From the human T2T-CHM13v2.0 reference genome, Homo sapiens: a stretch of DNA of 64,000 nucleotides. The stretch lies in assembly GCF_009914755.1 (NCBI RefSeq), contig NC_060928.1; one strand, written 5' to 3'. Made by a program: the position numbers and the translations under genes. Shown here piece by piece: positions 26,060 through 42,086 of this stretch; position 1 is the stretch's first letter; each line of letters starts with the position of its first letter. Under the pieces are notes generated by a model. It saw nothing but the letters and a program-made list of their open reading frames with translations, had not been told where the DNA came from and did not search any database.

Positions 26060-26820
26060 AGAACTTGGATTAGGTGCTAAGAATAAAAAAAAATGATATG
26101 ATAAAATCCCAGCCCTCAGGGAACTCACAATTATCGATTAACTGTGAATTCCCTTGCAATGGAACAAGTGTCCTAAAAGGGGGGTGGAATGGTGCCCGGG
26201 AAGGAAGACCAGAGAAAGCCCTACTGCCAGAGGTGGAAATGGGAGGGGCCCTAAAGGAGGAAAGAGCATGCAGATTTTGCAGGGGTGGGATGGGACAGAC
26301 AGGCACATAGAGGAAACAGCAGATTCAGAGATAAAAAGAAATGAGAAGTTTAGGGCAATGCAGACTGGAATAGATATGGAGATGAGTCAGAGATGAGACC
26401 AGAAAGGTCTTGAAAGGCCTGCTTAGGGTTTAGACTTTCGACTGTAGGCACTGGAGCCGTTGATGATTTTGTGGAATAGAGGGATCTGCCTGGATGGAGT
26501 TAGAACAGAGGGGAGCAGGGAAGAGAAGAAACATAGGGCGACAAAATAAAAATATTGTGATAGTCTAGGTAAACAATTATAAAGGACTGAACTAAGGCAA
26601 TGGGCAGAGGCTGAAACTGAGGAGACGAACCTGAGGCCTATTTGGAGGTGCACTGGACAGGACATAATGGATGATTAGATATGGAGTCGAGGGAGGGGGA
26701 CGAGTCTCCAAGTCTAGCCAGCTTTCTGTTTCCTGACCTGGTGCCGTTCATTGAGATAGGTAACACTGAAGTGGGAGAGGTTTTGAGGGAGGAAAGATGA
26801 TGAATTCTTGGCACGAATTC
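26060..26820 (-). mobile_element. L2 (L2c-like) fragment
   Basis: 'cccagccctcagggaactcaca...gactttcgactgtaggcactggagccgttga...ggtgccgttcattgagatagg'. Confidence 0.7.
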
Positions 26821-27827
26821 AGACTGTATCATTAAGCTAACGAACCATCTTGCCAGTAGAAGCTGTTGCTAGAAAGAAGAACCAGGAAAGGCAGTTACAT
26901 CAACACAGCTCTTCTGATATATTGGTAGGGAGAAACTTCAGAACTCTAATGGAAAATACATGGATTAGAAATCAAATAAGTGATTTTTTTGAAAAAAATT
27001 GCAAAATACATATATAGCTAGTACTTTGCATGAAGGTGAAAATACTGATTAGGCATTAGGGTTAAAATAACATTAAGGATGAATTTTATTAGTATATTTC
27101 CAAAACATTTCTGGGAGACTAGGGAACTCTATGCCATACCTCCTCTAAATTAAACTGTACATTATATGCCTCATTTTTCTCTTATAGCTTCTATCACTGG
27201 AAAGCAGCTCAGCCATGTTATCTTTAAACTTCATTTCTATGGTAAAGAGAGCTCTTCATTTACAAAATATTTTGTGATCATTAAACTACAGAAACATGAC
27301 TAGCATTGTTAAATGGTCAATAGCTGAGGACCTACAAAATATCTTTAAAAAGCCTCAAAGCATTTGTGCACTGCGCCTCTAGGGCTACATGCTGCCTAGA
27401 GAAATTATCTAACTAGTTTGGCATCTCTCCAGAAGACTGGTTACCAAACTGCATTGGGTTCATGCTGAACTAGCAGTTATTTCACAAGGATTTTCACTAG
27501 TGCTAATCTGCATGTGTGGAATTCCTGTTCAGAGGTTGTTTTTCTGAGCTGTTTAGTTGAGCCAGATTACAAATTGACTCTGTTTGGTGTGAACAGAAAC
27601 CTATTTACAATGCAGATCTCTCAAGCCAATTTTCTGGTTAAATTTCATCCATTAAATTTTTTCTATTCTTATATAAAAAACGTGTCTACAGGGCATTTAC
27701 CTTTTTACATTTCAAATTGTAAAGTGGTGATGTGGACTGCCTTGAAATCTTGGAAAAGTTTAAATTTCCTTCTAGAAATTAATCATAAGATCACATAGTA
27801 TCTTTAATTTTTAAATTGTTATTAATT

Positions 27828-27905
27828 AATTTATTTATTTTAGAGATGGGGTCTTGCTATATTGCCCAGGCTGAACTCAAGCTCCCGGACTCAAGCATCC
27901 TTCCT
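27828..27905 (-). mobile_element. Alu monomer fragment (FLAM/AluJ-like)
   Basis: 'tagagatggggtcttgctatattgcccaggctg...ctcaagcatcc'. Confidence 0.75.
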
Positions 27906-29479
27906 TACCACTGTTTTTAATTAATTCATAATTATAAAAAGAAGTACTAAAAATTCATTTATATGCCTAAGACAAACAGATTTGTCGGAATTATGATTTT
28001 AAGTATTGGTAAATTAGGACAGATTTCTAAAATTTATGTTCATAGAGTTTTGTTGTTGTTGTTAAGGGACCCACTTTTATGTTGGTCATTAATATGAATT
28101 AAATATTACTTCCTCATAGAAACCCTAATGATTTTTCTTTTGGTCAAACATAGACCTAGGTTTGTTTCTTAGACTATGCTATTAATTTTGTGTCATCACA
28201 GAAAGTAGCCCAGTCTTATTTTGAGATTGGTTTATTTTCCCTGGACATTTGGGATGAATAGCTCAGCATAACAGATTATTCTATATACTTTAGTTTCAAG
28301 CATTTAAAGTGGAGTCCAAGTTTTAGCATCAGGAACCAATTAAATGATAGTTAAATCTGACTGAAAAATTAATGGTCCAGAACAGAAACTGTGTAGCTTT
28401 TTTTTTTTCAGCACTTCTGTTTTAAATAAAAATCTGGATGCTTCCCAGTAAAACACAAAGCGTCATTAAAAAAAAAGCAGTTGAATATAAATAAAACCAC
28501 ACCCAGTCTTAAAAATCATTTAATGATGATTGTATTCTTAGTCTGCTATTAAACACAAGGTGTTTATCAGCCTTCATGGGCTGCTAAGAGTTTGGCTACA
28601 AAACACATAGCACTGTGGGGCAATGTAGGATTGCAGTGCTACTGTGCCTCTTTAGGGTGAGTATGGTTTGCTCTTCAATGTGATTATTCTATAGTCAAAT
28701 CATCTAGCATGATTGTGATAGCATCTGATTTGTGCCATAGGCGTCAATCAGATTTATGCTAATATTTTGTACTAATGATCAATATAACAGCAGAGAAAAG
28801 TGTTGATGTTCAGCCCACTGACTTAAACCTTACTAACGGGCCTTGACAGAACATAGTGGCCTTAGATTTTATGTGAGTAGAAGAGTTCAGGCTTGAACAT
28901 TTGGCTGCCGCTTCAAGCACCCTACACAGAAAGTCAGTATAGTACCTTTAATCTGGCTCTAATTCAAACCTATCAGTAATCACTGAGCCTGCTGTACTTA
29001 TTCTGTCAGTCTTTTTGCCAAAAAGATTTCATGGGTAGCAATATCAGAAGCATTTTTGTAATTAAATTATTGTCGCTTTACTGGAAAATCTCCTTACATT
29101 TGCAAAGGGTGAATGTGTTCTTATTTCCCCCACTCCCTACTTGACTTGTAGTTTACGCAGGCACTTTTGGCTGCGTACGTTTCCAGCCTAATGGCCTCCT
29201 TACCGCAATATTCATTTTGGTTGGGTTACTCCAGCCATCATTTTCCAGAGACAGTCATAATCCCTCAATGATGACAGAAGTCATTTGATCATGGGGAACA
29301 AGAAATAAAACGAGCAACAATAATTTCTTTAGGACCATTTTACGGGTTTTTAAGAGAATAAATTCTGTGATAAGTTAGACTCTGTGCTTCTAACTTGGGT
29401 CACAGCATCTTAACATTTTTCCTGCGGGAACTAAAGAGCATACTGTACAATATGAAAAGTAGCCTTTCGTAGACCGCCA

Positions 29480-29670
29480 CTCCCTTCTCTGAGTTCTGGT
29501 GTATCTTATCACTTCTCACGAATAGGACTGCCATTCGGCGCTTATATATCTGCCTCTTTCATGGCATCTTAACTTCTTTGAGGCCCGTGACATTAGTTAC
29601 GTGGTTACGCAGTTGTTAGCGATGACTGCCTGGCCCATAGCAGGTGCTCATTGTATGCTTGATGCATGAG
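29480..29670 (+). mobile_element. L2 3' end
   Basis: 'ttctttgaggcc...tgcctggcccatagcaggtgctcattgtatgcttgatg'. Confidence 0.55.
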
Positions 29671-29689
29671 TGGATAAAAATACTCATTC

Positions 29690-30140
29690 TGGTCCTGGGC
29701 CAGATCTATTTCTTGCTTTCCTCAGTTTTGGCCTATGCCTCAGGGAAGCTGACCCCAGTAGCGTGCATTTCTCAGGCTCCCACACATCGGGCATTAGGAA
29801 GCAGTGGCAGGAGACAGAAGGGAAGGAAGAAGGGAAAATCCAGGGTCTTTCTCTGCTCGATCTGCATTGGGGTGGGGGGGCGGGGTGCACAACCTTTGAG
29901 ACTTAAGCTCACGCTGGATAGGCTGCAGTGATTCCAACTTCTTTTGGGTGACACCATTCACTGGGCTCTGATAATAGTGCTTCCGCCCTTACTCCCGCAG
30001 CACTGGGAGTGGCTCCCTCGTCTTACTGATTTTTGGCTTTCTTCACTTTCCCCAGTTTGGTTTCTCAGCAATTTTATCACCTGTGTAACCCATTCCTTGC
30101 ACGAAATTCCTTCTGTTTTAAATACTTATCGTCTGTTCAG
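29690..30140 (+). mobile_element. ERVL solo LTR (LTR33/LTR50-like)
   Basis: 'gggaagctgacccc...gcagtggcaggagacagaaggg...cacctgtgtaaccc...aaattccttctgttttaaatac'. Confidence 0.6.
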
Positions 30141-31279
30141 TGTTGTATTGTCATACAAAGTTGAAATTACACCTCCCAACCTTAAACCTTTTTAATAAAG
30201 AGGGACTTGCCTTATACTTTAGGGGCACATAGTTGCCTGGGATCTTTGCTCACACTGCAGAGTCTCCAAAGTGTACCTACACTGAGGGGAGAGTTAAGAG
30301 GTTCCTTTGGGGATCTTATGCCTGCACTTTCTGGAAATACCTAATCCTTACATATTGTGATAATATTCTTGCTTTTGTCCTTTATTTGGAATTATTGCCG
30401 CATATTTTAAGCGTGTTCTTATGATATTAGGGGATATCCTTCCTTCCTAATGTGAAGCGGCATCCCCAATCTGCCTTAGTAATTTGACATAGTAGGGCTA
30501 TAGAGTCACAGAACAACTGAGAGTGGCTCTTACAGACAGAGAAAAGACAGGATTCTGTCATTGGCAGTTTGTCCAGGTTCTGAAGGTGAGAAAGGCCTAG
30601 ATCGGTTTTAAATGTATGTAATTTCTTTAAAAATTTCTGTCATACACTACGTAGTTGTATAGCTCTTGGAATAAGCACATGGAGTGGTGAAATTCCCCTA
30701 GATAGCACCCCCAAATTCTGGCACTTTAAAATTCTTTGTAAACTTTCACAATGAGCTGAAAGTTAATTCAAACCTACATAGATTCTATGCCTCCCTTTTC
30801 TCATCTTTGTAGCTCTCCTTTATTCTTCACAGGGGGATGGGAAGAGAAAGGAATCCGGCTGACATCAAATTATGAATATTGGTTTAAGTTCTTAACAAGC
30901 TTGCATTTCACATGCACAGCTAACCCACAAAAGACACTGGATTTTCCAAGGGGTTAGTTTCAAATCTACAAGAATGAGGGATTTCAGCACAGCCCTCTGT
31001 CTTACTTTCTTGCATGGATTTGGCCATGCAGCCAGGCAATGGTGGTGTGGTTAGCTGTCTGTTGTCGGGAAAGGAGTCATCTAATGGAGGACTCCTTAAT
31101 AAAACTCCTTAATAAAACGTGAAATTTTAGTACTGAGTCTGATTTTTATCATTCATAATCCTGTGTTTATTCAGGACATTCAAATGCTTTTGGGGGAGAA
31201 AACTGTTATCTGTGTGGGTTGAATTGGGCTAAATGATAAAAAGAAATTACCTTACTGAACTACTTATTTCCACAAGAAT

Positions 31280-31420
31280 TTCAGAACTTTAGATCTAAAA
31301 GGGATTTAAAAAATCTTCTGATTCAATCTTTTTATTTCTTTCAGGTAAGAAAATTCAGACTCAGACACATTAAGAACAGCTGGCTTGTAGCAGAATAGAG
31401 ATTAAAATCTAGAATGATTT
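31280..31420 (-). mobile_element. MIR fragment
   Basis: 'tcagaactttagatctaaaagggattt...gtaagaaaattcagactcaga'. Confidence 0.4.
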
Positions 31421-33205
31421 TCATCTTGCTACCTTTAATTAAAAACTTGTTACTTTCAGTTTACGCACCTTAGCTCTCAAGCCTGATTTTCTTTCCTGTA
31501 TCTTGACCTTAAACGTATCAGGTCTGGCCCAGATTCTTTATGGGAGACAATCAAAAATGAAAAGTGCACACAGAGCACATAGGGCTTGAAGACCTGTTAT
31601 GGGGCATGGATGTGCTTGACAGGGAAGCAGGGAAGAAGTAGCAAGGCAACCGGGAGCACTTTTGAGTTTCCTCTCTTTGCCAGGCATGAGAAGACCACTT
31701 GGTGTGCATTTTAGATGGTGCTGAGATGGGATCAACAAAGGTGGAGTGTGCAAAAGATGAGAGACATTGGGCAATGTGGAAATGAAGAATAGGATTATTG
31801 CTCGGAAGGATTATGGTTGTGTTTAATAGGAATAACCAAAGCAAACAATGATCACATTTGTTGTCCTTCACCTTGTCAAATAGTGATTTAGGGGCTAGGG
31901 AAGTATATCACCTCTGAGGTTGCTACAACATCCTTTTCTGCCCACCTTCTCCAGAACTTAGTATTATAACAATAGACACATGAAAGCTCCAGTTTGCTTA
32001 AACAATAGCATCTCTATTTAAATATCTATTCACTAAAGTGATAAATCTCCTCATTTGGGAAAGGTAATTTCTTGTAAGTACAAGGAAACAAACAAGTATT
32101 TGGAATATGAGCTACTGCTATTATTTCAGAGTAAATAATTCTTTTTTGTTTTCATTTTTTTTTTTTTACATTTTTAACCTAGAATATTACTCCACTGTAT
32201 AGTGAACATTTATGGTTAAATTTTCCCATGACTTTCTATGCTATAGGCCTCGATTAGGTATTCTGTTCTCATTCAATAAAAGCTTTTCACTGAAAATAAA
32301 TGTCATTATGTTGTAATGAGTTTCAATATCTACTGACCTTACCTGGATTTTGGAGGGTGAGTTGGCTGTGAGCGATTCAGCACCTCTTTATCCTTCCCTT
32401 GAGACACTAATTACTCATTAAATTTTCTTTTTATCCTTTTTGCTATATTTCAAAAATGCCAAATATAAAGATTTTTGAAAAATGAGAAACTAGTGGAAAT
32501 GTCTGCAAGTGTTTCTTTTAACTTAAAAATATAGATAGCCAAGTGAAAAAGATATAATGCAAACTTTGGGGTCTTTATTTTAGCTGGTTATATCTAGATC
32601 TGACTGAAATTGGGTATTCCGAGTTTCATCCTGAAGCAAATTTCTATAGCTGAGTTATAAGTCCCTGAAAAATGAGGTTTATGATGAAAATGTTGAAAGA
32701 CCCTCAACTTTAGGACAAGGCACAACTATAATTTTACAGGCATTAGGCACCTAAAATAACTTTGTATGAAGATTACTCTGGGATTTGTCCCCCATTGTGT
32801 AGAAAATGCTTAATGTTGAACTATATTTTATGCACACAAAAAGACTTACTTCATAAGACAAGGAGCACAGGGATTTTCATTCCAATATTCAACAATACTA
32901 TTACTAAAGGGCTCTCTCCTTCTACTCTCATAATTGAGTGATCTTAAGTGATATTTAAAAGAAAATATCATTCCGCTAAACTTACATGTAAAGATGATAT
33001 GTGGCAGAGCAATTTAAAATTTTCAAGCAGAATGTATTCCAGCAATGTATTTGGTATGTCATGAAACTGAATGGATGGATCATAATAATGTCTTAATATT
33101 CTATTCTATAGCAACAAAGAAAATGAGTGTTTAGTTTTGCTTGTGTAGAGCAATAGCTGAAGTGCTTATATCTGAGTCCGCAGTGCAATAAAAAATATAT
33201 ATATA

Positions 33206-33286
33206 TTTTTTTTTCTTAGAGACCTTGCTTTTATTGATTTTGGATACATACCCAAAAGTGGGATTGTGCCTGTTAGATTGCATTTC
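33206..33286 (-). other. Probable L1 3' transduction (72 bp, 33215-33286) with its own AATAAA and A-tail
   Basis: On the minus strand, after the L1 tail: gaaatgcaatctaacaggcacaatcccacttttgggtatgtatccaaaatc AATAAA agcaaggtctctaag A9; then aa(ta)n-ttttt matching aatattttt at the L1 5' end. Confidence 0.6.
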
Positions 33287-33524
33287 TTTTTTTTTAATTA
33301 ATTAATTAATTTTTTAAATTATTATACTTTAAGTTTTAGGGTACATGTGCACATTGTGCAGGTTAGTTACATATGTATACATGTGCCATGCTGGTGTGCT
33401 GCACCCACTAACTCGTCATCTAGCATTAGGTATATCTCCCAATGCTATCCCTTCCCCTCCCCCCACCCCACAACTGTCCCCAGAGTATGATGTTCCCCTT
33501 CCTGTGTCCATGTGATCTCATTGT

Positions 33525-37570
<4,046 letters not shown>

Positions 37571-37618
37571 TTATTTTGCTCGTTAGTTGATGTAGTTTCT
37601 TCCTAGTCTGGAAGGTCT

Positions 37619-38635
37619 TCACATTTTGGCATGATTTTGCAGCGGCTGGTACCGGTTGTTCCTTTCCATGTTTAGCGCTTCCTCCAGGAGCTCTTTTAGG
37701 GCAGGCCTGGTGATGACAAAATCTCTCAGCATTTGCTTGTCTGTAAAGTATTTTATGTCTCCTTCACTTATGAAGCTTAGTTTGGCTGGATATGAAATTG
37801 TGGGTTGAAAATTCTTTTCTTTAAGAATGTTGAATATTGGCCCCCACTCTCTTCTGGCTTGTAGGGTTTCTGCCGAGAGATCTGCTGTTAGTCTGATGGG
37901 CTTCCCTTTGAGGGTAACCCGACCTTTCTCTCTGGCTGCCCTTAACATTTTTTCCTTCATTTCAACTTTGGTGAATCTGACAATTATGTGTCTTGGAGTT
38001 GCTCTTCTCGAGGAGTATCTTTGTGGCATTCTCTGTATTTCCTGAATCTGAACGTTGGCCTGCCTTGCTAGATTGGGGAAATTCTCCTGGATAATATCCT
38101 GCAGAGTGTTTTTCAACTTGGTTCCATTCTCCCCATCACTTTCAGGTACACCAATCAGACGTAGATTTGGTCTTTTCACATAGTCCCGTATTTCTTGGAG
38201 GCTTTGCTTGTTTCTTTTTATTCTTTTTTCTCTAAACTTTCCTTCTCGCTTCATTTCATTCATTTCATCTTCCATTGCTGATACCCTTTCTTCCAGTTGA
38301 TCATATTGGCTCCTGAGGCTTCTGCATTCTTCATGTAGTTCTCGAGCCTTGGTTTTCAGCTGCATCAGCTCCTTTAAGCACTTCTCTGTATTGGTTATTC
38401 TAGTTATACATTCTTCTAAATTTTTTTCAAAGTTTTCAACTTCTTTGCCTTTGGTTTGAATGTCCTCCCGTAGCTCAGAGTAATTTGATTGTCTGAAGCC
38501 TTCTTCTCTCAGCTTGTCAAAGTCATTCTCTGTCCAGCTTTGTTCCATTGCTGGTGAGGAGCTGCGTTCCTTTGGAGGAGGAGAGGCGCTCTGATTTTTA
38601 GAGTTTCCAGTTTTTCTGTTCTGTTTTTTCCCCAT
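37619..38635 (-). CDS. L1 ORF1p (p40 RNA-binding/chaperone), full-length 338 aa
   Basis: MGKKQNRKTGNSK start; ARREWG and YPAKLS motifs intact; some substitutions (EIRDY for EIWDY). Confidence 0.9.
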   Translation of the reverse strand: MGKKQNRKTGNSKNQSASPPPKERSSSPAMEQSWTENDFDKLREEGFRQSNYSELREDIQTKGKEVENFEKNLEECITRITNTEKCLKELMQLKTKARELHEECRSLRSQYDQLEERVSAMEDEMNEMKREGKFREKRIKRNKQSLQEIRDYVKRPNLRLIGVPESDGENGTKLKNTLQDIIQENFPNLARQANVQIQEIQRMPQRYSSRRATPRHIIVRFTKVEMKEKMLRAAREKGRVTLKGKPIRLTADLSAETLQARREWGPIFNILKEKNFQPTISYPAKLSFISEGDIKYFTDKQMLRDFVITRPALKELLEEALNMERNNRYQPLQNHAKM

Positions 38636-39536
38636 CTTTGTGGTTTTATCTACTTTTGATCTTTGATGATGGTGATATACAGATGGGTTTTTGGTGTGGA
38701 TGTCCTTTCTGTTTGTTAGTTTTCCTTCTAACAGACAGGACCCTCAGCTGCAGGTCTGTTGGAGTACCCTGTCGTGTGAGGTGTCAGTGTGCCCCTGCTG
38801 GAGGGTGCTTCCCAGTTAGGCTGCTCGGGGGTCAGGGGTCAGGGACCCACTTGAGGAGGCAGTCTGCCCGTTCTCAGATCTCCAGCTGCGTACTGGGAGA
38901 ACCACTGCTCTCTTCAAAGCTGTCAGACAGGGCCATTTAAGTCTGCAGAGGTTACTGCTGTCTTTTTGTTTGTCTGTGCCCTGCCCCCATAGGTGGAGCC
39001 TACAGAGGCAAGCAGGCCTCCTTGAGCTGTGGTGGGCTCCACCCAGTTTGAGCTTCCCGGCTGCTTTGTTTACCTAAGCAAGCCTGGGCAATGGTGGGCG
39101 CCCCTCCCCCAGCCTCGCTGCCGCCTTGCAGTTTGATCTCAGACTGCTGTGCTAGCAATCAGCGAGACTCCGTGGGGTAGGACCCTCCGAGCCAGGTGCG
39201 GGATATAATCTTGTGGTGCGCCATTTTTTAAGCCCGTTGGAAAAGTGCAGTATTCGGGTGGGAGTGACCCGATTCTCCAGGTGCCGTCAGTCACCCCTTT
39301 CTTTGATTGGGTAAGGGAACTCCCTGACCCTTTGCTTCCCGAGTGAGGCAATGCCTCGCCCTGCTTCAGCTCGTGCACGGTGCGCGCACCCACTGTCCTG
39401 TGCCCACTGTCTGGCACTTCCTAGTGAGATGAACCCGGTACCTCAGATGGAAATGCAGAAATCACCTGTCTTCTGCGTCGCTCAGGCTGGGAGCTGTAGA
39501 CTGGAGCTGTTCCTATTCCGCCATCTTGGCTCCTCC
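38636..39536 (-). promoter_or_regulatory. L1 5' UTR: internal sense promoter (YY1-type site CAAGATGG near the 5' end) and antisense promoter firing on the + strand
   Basis: CpG-rich L1PA 5' UTR; promoter roles are established for this family, activity of this copy is unknown. Confidence 0.75.
39091..39180 (+). pseudogene. L1 ORF0 truncated to 29 aa (MVGAPPPASLPPCSLISDCCASNQRDSVG*)
   Basis: ATG at 39091; GTG GGG TAG where the recalled consensus has GTG GGC GTA (1-nt deletion). Confidence 0.75.
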
Positions 39537-39821
39537 AATATTTTTGTCTAATGAAAAATCCCTAACACTGGAAAATCCTTGCCTATCTTTTGTTTCTTTG
39601 TTTGTTTTTGGCTTTGTTTGTTTTCAGAGAAAAAGGAATGCTTAAAACAATAACAAATAGGAATGTTTAGATTTGACACAACTTTCTTGGTGATTTAGGC
39701 CAATTTTTTTTTTAAGAAGGAAAAATATTGATTAACTTCTAAACTTAAGATACCTGGTTTGGGTATAATTCAGATGAAAACATAAAAGCAAGTTTGCTTT
39801 AAAAAACCTTTTAAAAAAGTT

Positions 39822-40153
39822 ATTTTTTATTGACAAAATTTATATATTTATTGCATACAACATGGTGTTTTGAAATATGTATACATTATGAAATGGCTAA
39901 AACAAGTTACTTAACATACCATTACCTCATATACTCTTTTTTTTTTTTTTTTTGTGGTGGAAACACTTAAAATCTACTCTCTTGGCAATTCTCAAGAATA
40001 TAGTGTATTGTTATTAACTATATATACAATAAATCTCTTAAACTTCTTCCTTCTGCTTTTGTATCCTTTGACCAACATCAGCCCAACCCCATCCTCCCAC
40101 CCCCCTCCTCTGGTAAACATCATTCTACTCTCTACTCTATGAGTTCAACTTTT
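39822..40153 (-). mobile_element. L1MA 3' end fragment
   Basis: 'tacaacatggtgttttgaaatatgtatac...cacttaaaatctactctctt...ctatgagttcaactttt'. Confidence 0.8.
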
Positions 40154-42086
40154 AAAAATTTATTAAAAAATAAAAGTTAGATAATGTCTTTCTTTTCTTT
40201 TTCTTGATCAGATTGGCTAGAGGTTATCCATTTTATTATCATTTAAAAGCATTAGCTTTGAGCTGGGTTGATTTTTTGCTATTTTTTTTTCTGTTTTCTA
40301 TTTATTGCTTTCTACTTATTTCTTTATTATCTCTTCCTCCTGCTTACTTTGGTGTAATTTCTTCTCTTTCTGTTTTCTTAAGGAGGAAGCTTAGATCCTA
40401 TATGTATCTCTTATTTTCTAATACAGTTACTTAATGCCATAGAAATCCCCCGAAGCCCTGCTTTAGCTGTGTACTACAATTTTTGTTTAGGTTTAGTTTT
40501 TAGTTTCATTTGGTTCAAAATACTGGTCTTCTTTGTGACTTTTTGACTTATATTTAATTTAGAAATTTGTTAATTTCCAAGTATTGGAGGTTTTCAAGGA
40601 ATTTTTCGGATATTCATTTCTGTTTAATTTCCTTGTGTCAGAGGCCATATTTTGTGTGATTTCAACTCCCTTACATTGTTAAGATTTGTTTTATGGCCCA
40701 GAGTCTAATAAATTGTAGTTTAAAAATGTGTGTTCTACTGTTGTTGGGTGGGGTTGGCTGGCAGTGTTGGTCACATCTTTTATATTCTTACGCATTTTCA
40801 TTTACTTATTCTCTTACTTACTGAGAGGTTTTTTTGAACTCTCTAACCACACTTGTGGATTTTTCTATTTCTTCTTTCATGCCTACCAGTTTTCGCCTGT
40901 GTGTTTTAAAGTTCCATTATTAGGTACCTACATATTTAGTATTGTTATGTCTTCTTGATTAATTTTATTCCTTTAGCATTATTGAATGGTCCTCTTTATC
41001 TTGGTAATATTTCTTGTACTGAAATCTACATTGTCTTTATTATAAAATCACTCTGGTATTCTCTTGATTAGTATTTGCATAGCTTTTCCCATCCTTTTAC
41101 TTTTAATAAGTGTGGTTCTTTCAGGCTGCTTTTATTTTGGTCTTGCTTCTTAAAATCCAAATTTTAGTATGATAATCTCTGATTTTTGTGTGTAGACCAC
41201 TTGAATTTAATACAATTATTGACATGATTGTACACAGATACAACAGTTTGCTCTTTTTCTGTTTCTTTTCTGCTTCTATTTGTTCTGTTTCTTTTTTTCT
41301 CTTTTCATTTGTATTGCATATGTTTATGATTTCATTTTAACACAACTATTAGCTATATACATATCTTTCCAATCAGAGTGCACCTTTAAATAGTATTGTT
41401 CTACTTCATATGCAGTCTAAGAACCTTAAAATAGTACACTTTTATTTCCTCCCTCCAATTCTTTGTGCTATTGTCATAAATTTTACTTCTACTCAGGTTA
41501 TACATCCTACAATACATTGCTACTGCTTTTGCTTTCGTTATTTTTAAATAATTTAAATAACTATAAAAATTAAATAATTAAAAATTTTAAATATTTACCC
41601 TAATTCTCCTGTTTTGATTCTCTCAATTTCTTTGTGTAGATCCAAATTCCCATCTGGTTTGACCATATCCTTTCTGCTTGAAGAACTTCATTTAATATTT
41701 CTTGTGGTACAGGCATTTTGGCAATAAATTCTCTCTGCTTTTGTTTGTCTGGAAAAAATTCTTTATTTCAAAGAAATAGTTTCATTGGATATATAGATTC
41801 TAAATTTACAGTTTTTCACTTTTCTGTAGTTTAGAGATGGTACTCCATTGTCTTCTGGTTTGCTTATAGTTTCTAATAAGAAATCTGTGATAATTCTTTA
41901 TTTGTTTTTCTGTATGTAGTTTTTTTTTTCCAGCTACTTTCAAGATTTTTCTCTCTGTTTTTAGTTTTTAGCAAGTTAACTCTGATGCTTCTTCTTCATT
42001 TGTTTTTTAAATTTTGTTAATCCTGTTTGGGTTCCCCAAGTATCTTGCATTATGCATTATGTTTTTTGTTATCTTTTGTCAGTTTA

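Noticed and set aside
28523-28728. Possible C/D snoRNA (ATGATGA ... CTGA) or pre-miRNA in the hairpin cluster
   Set aside because: Boxes are ~200 nt apart with no convincing terminal stem; individual hairpins (~43 nt) are too short for a pre-miRNA and match no miRNA I recognise
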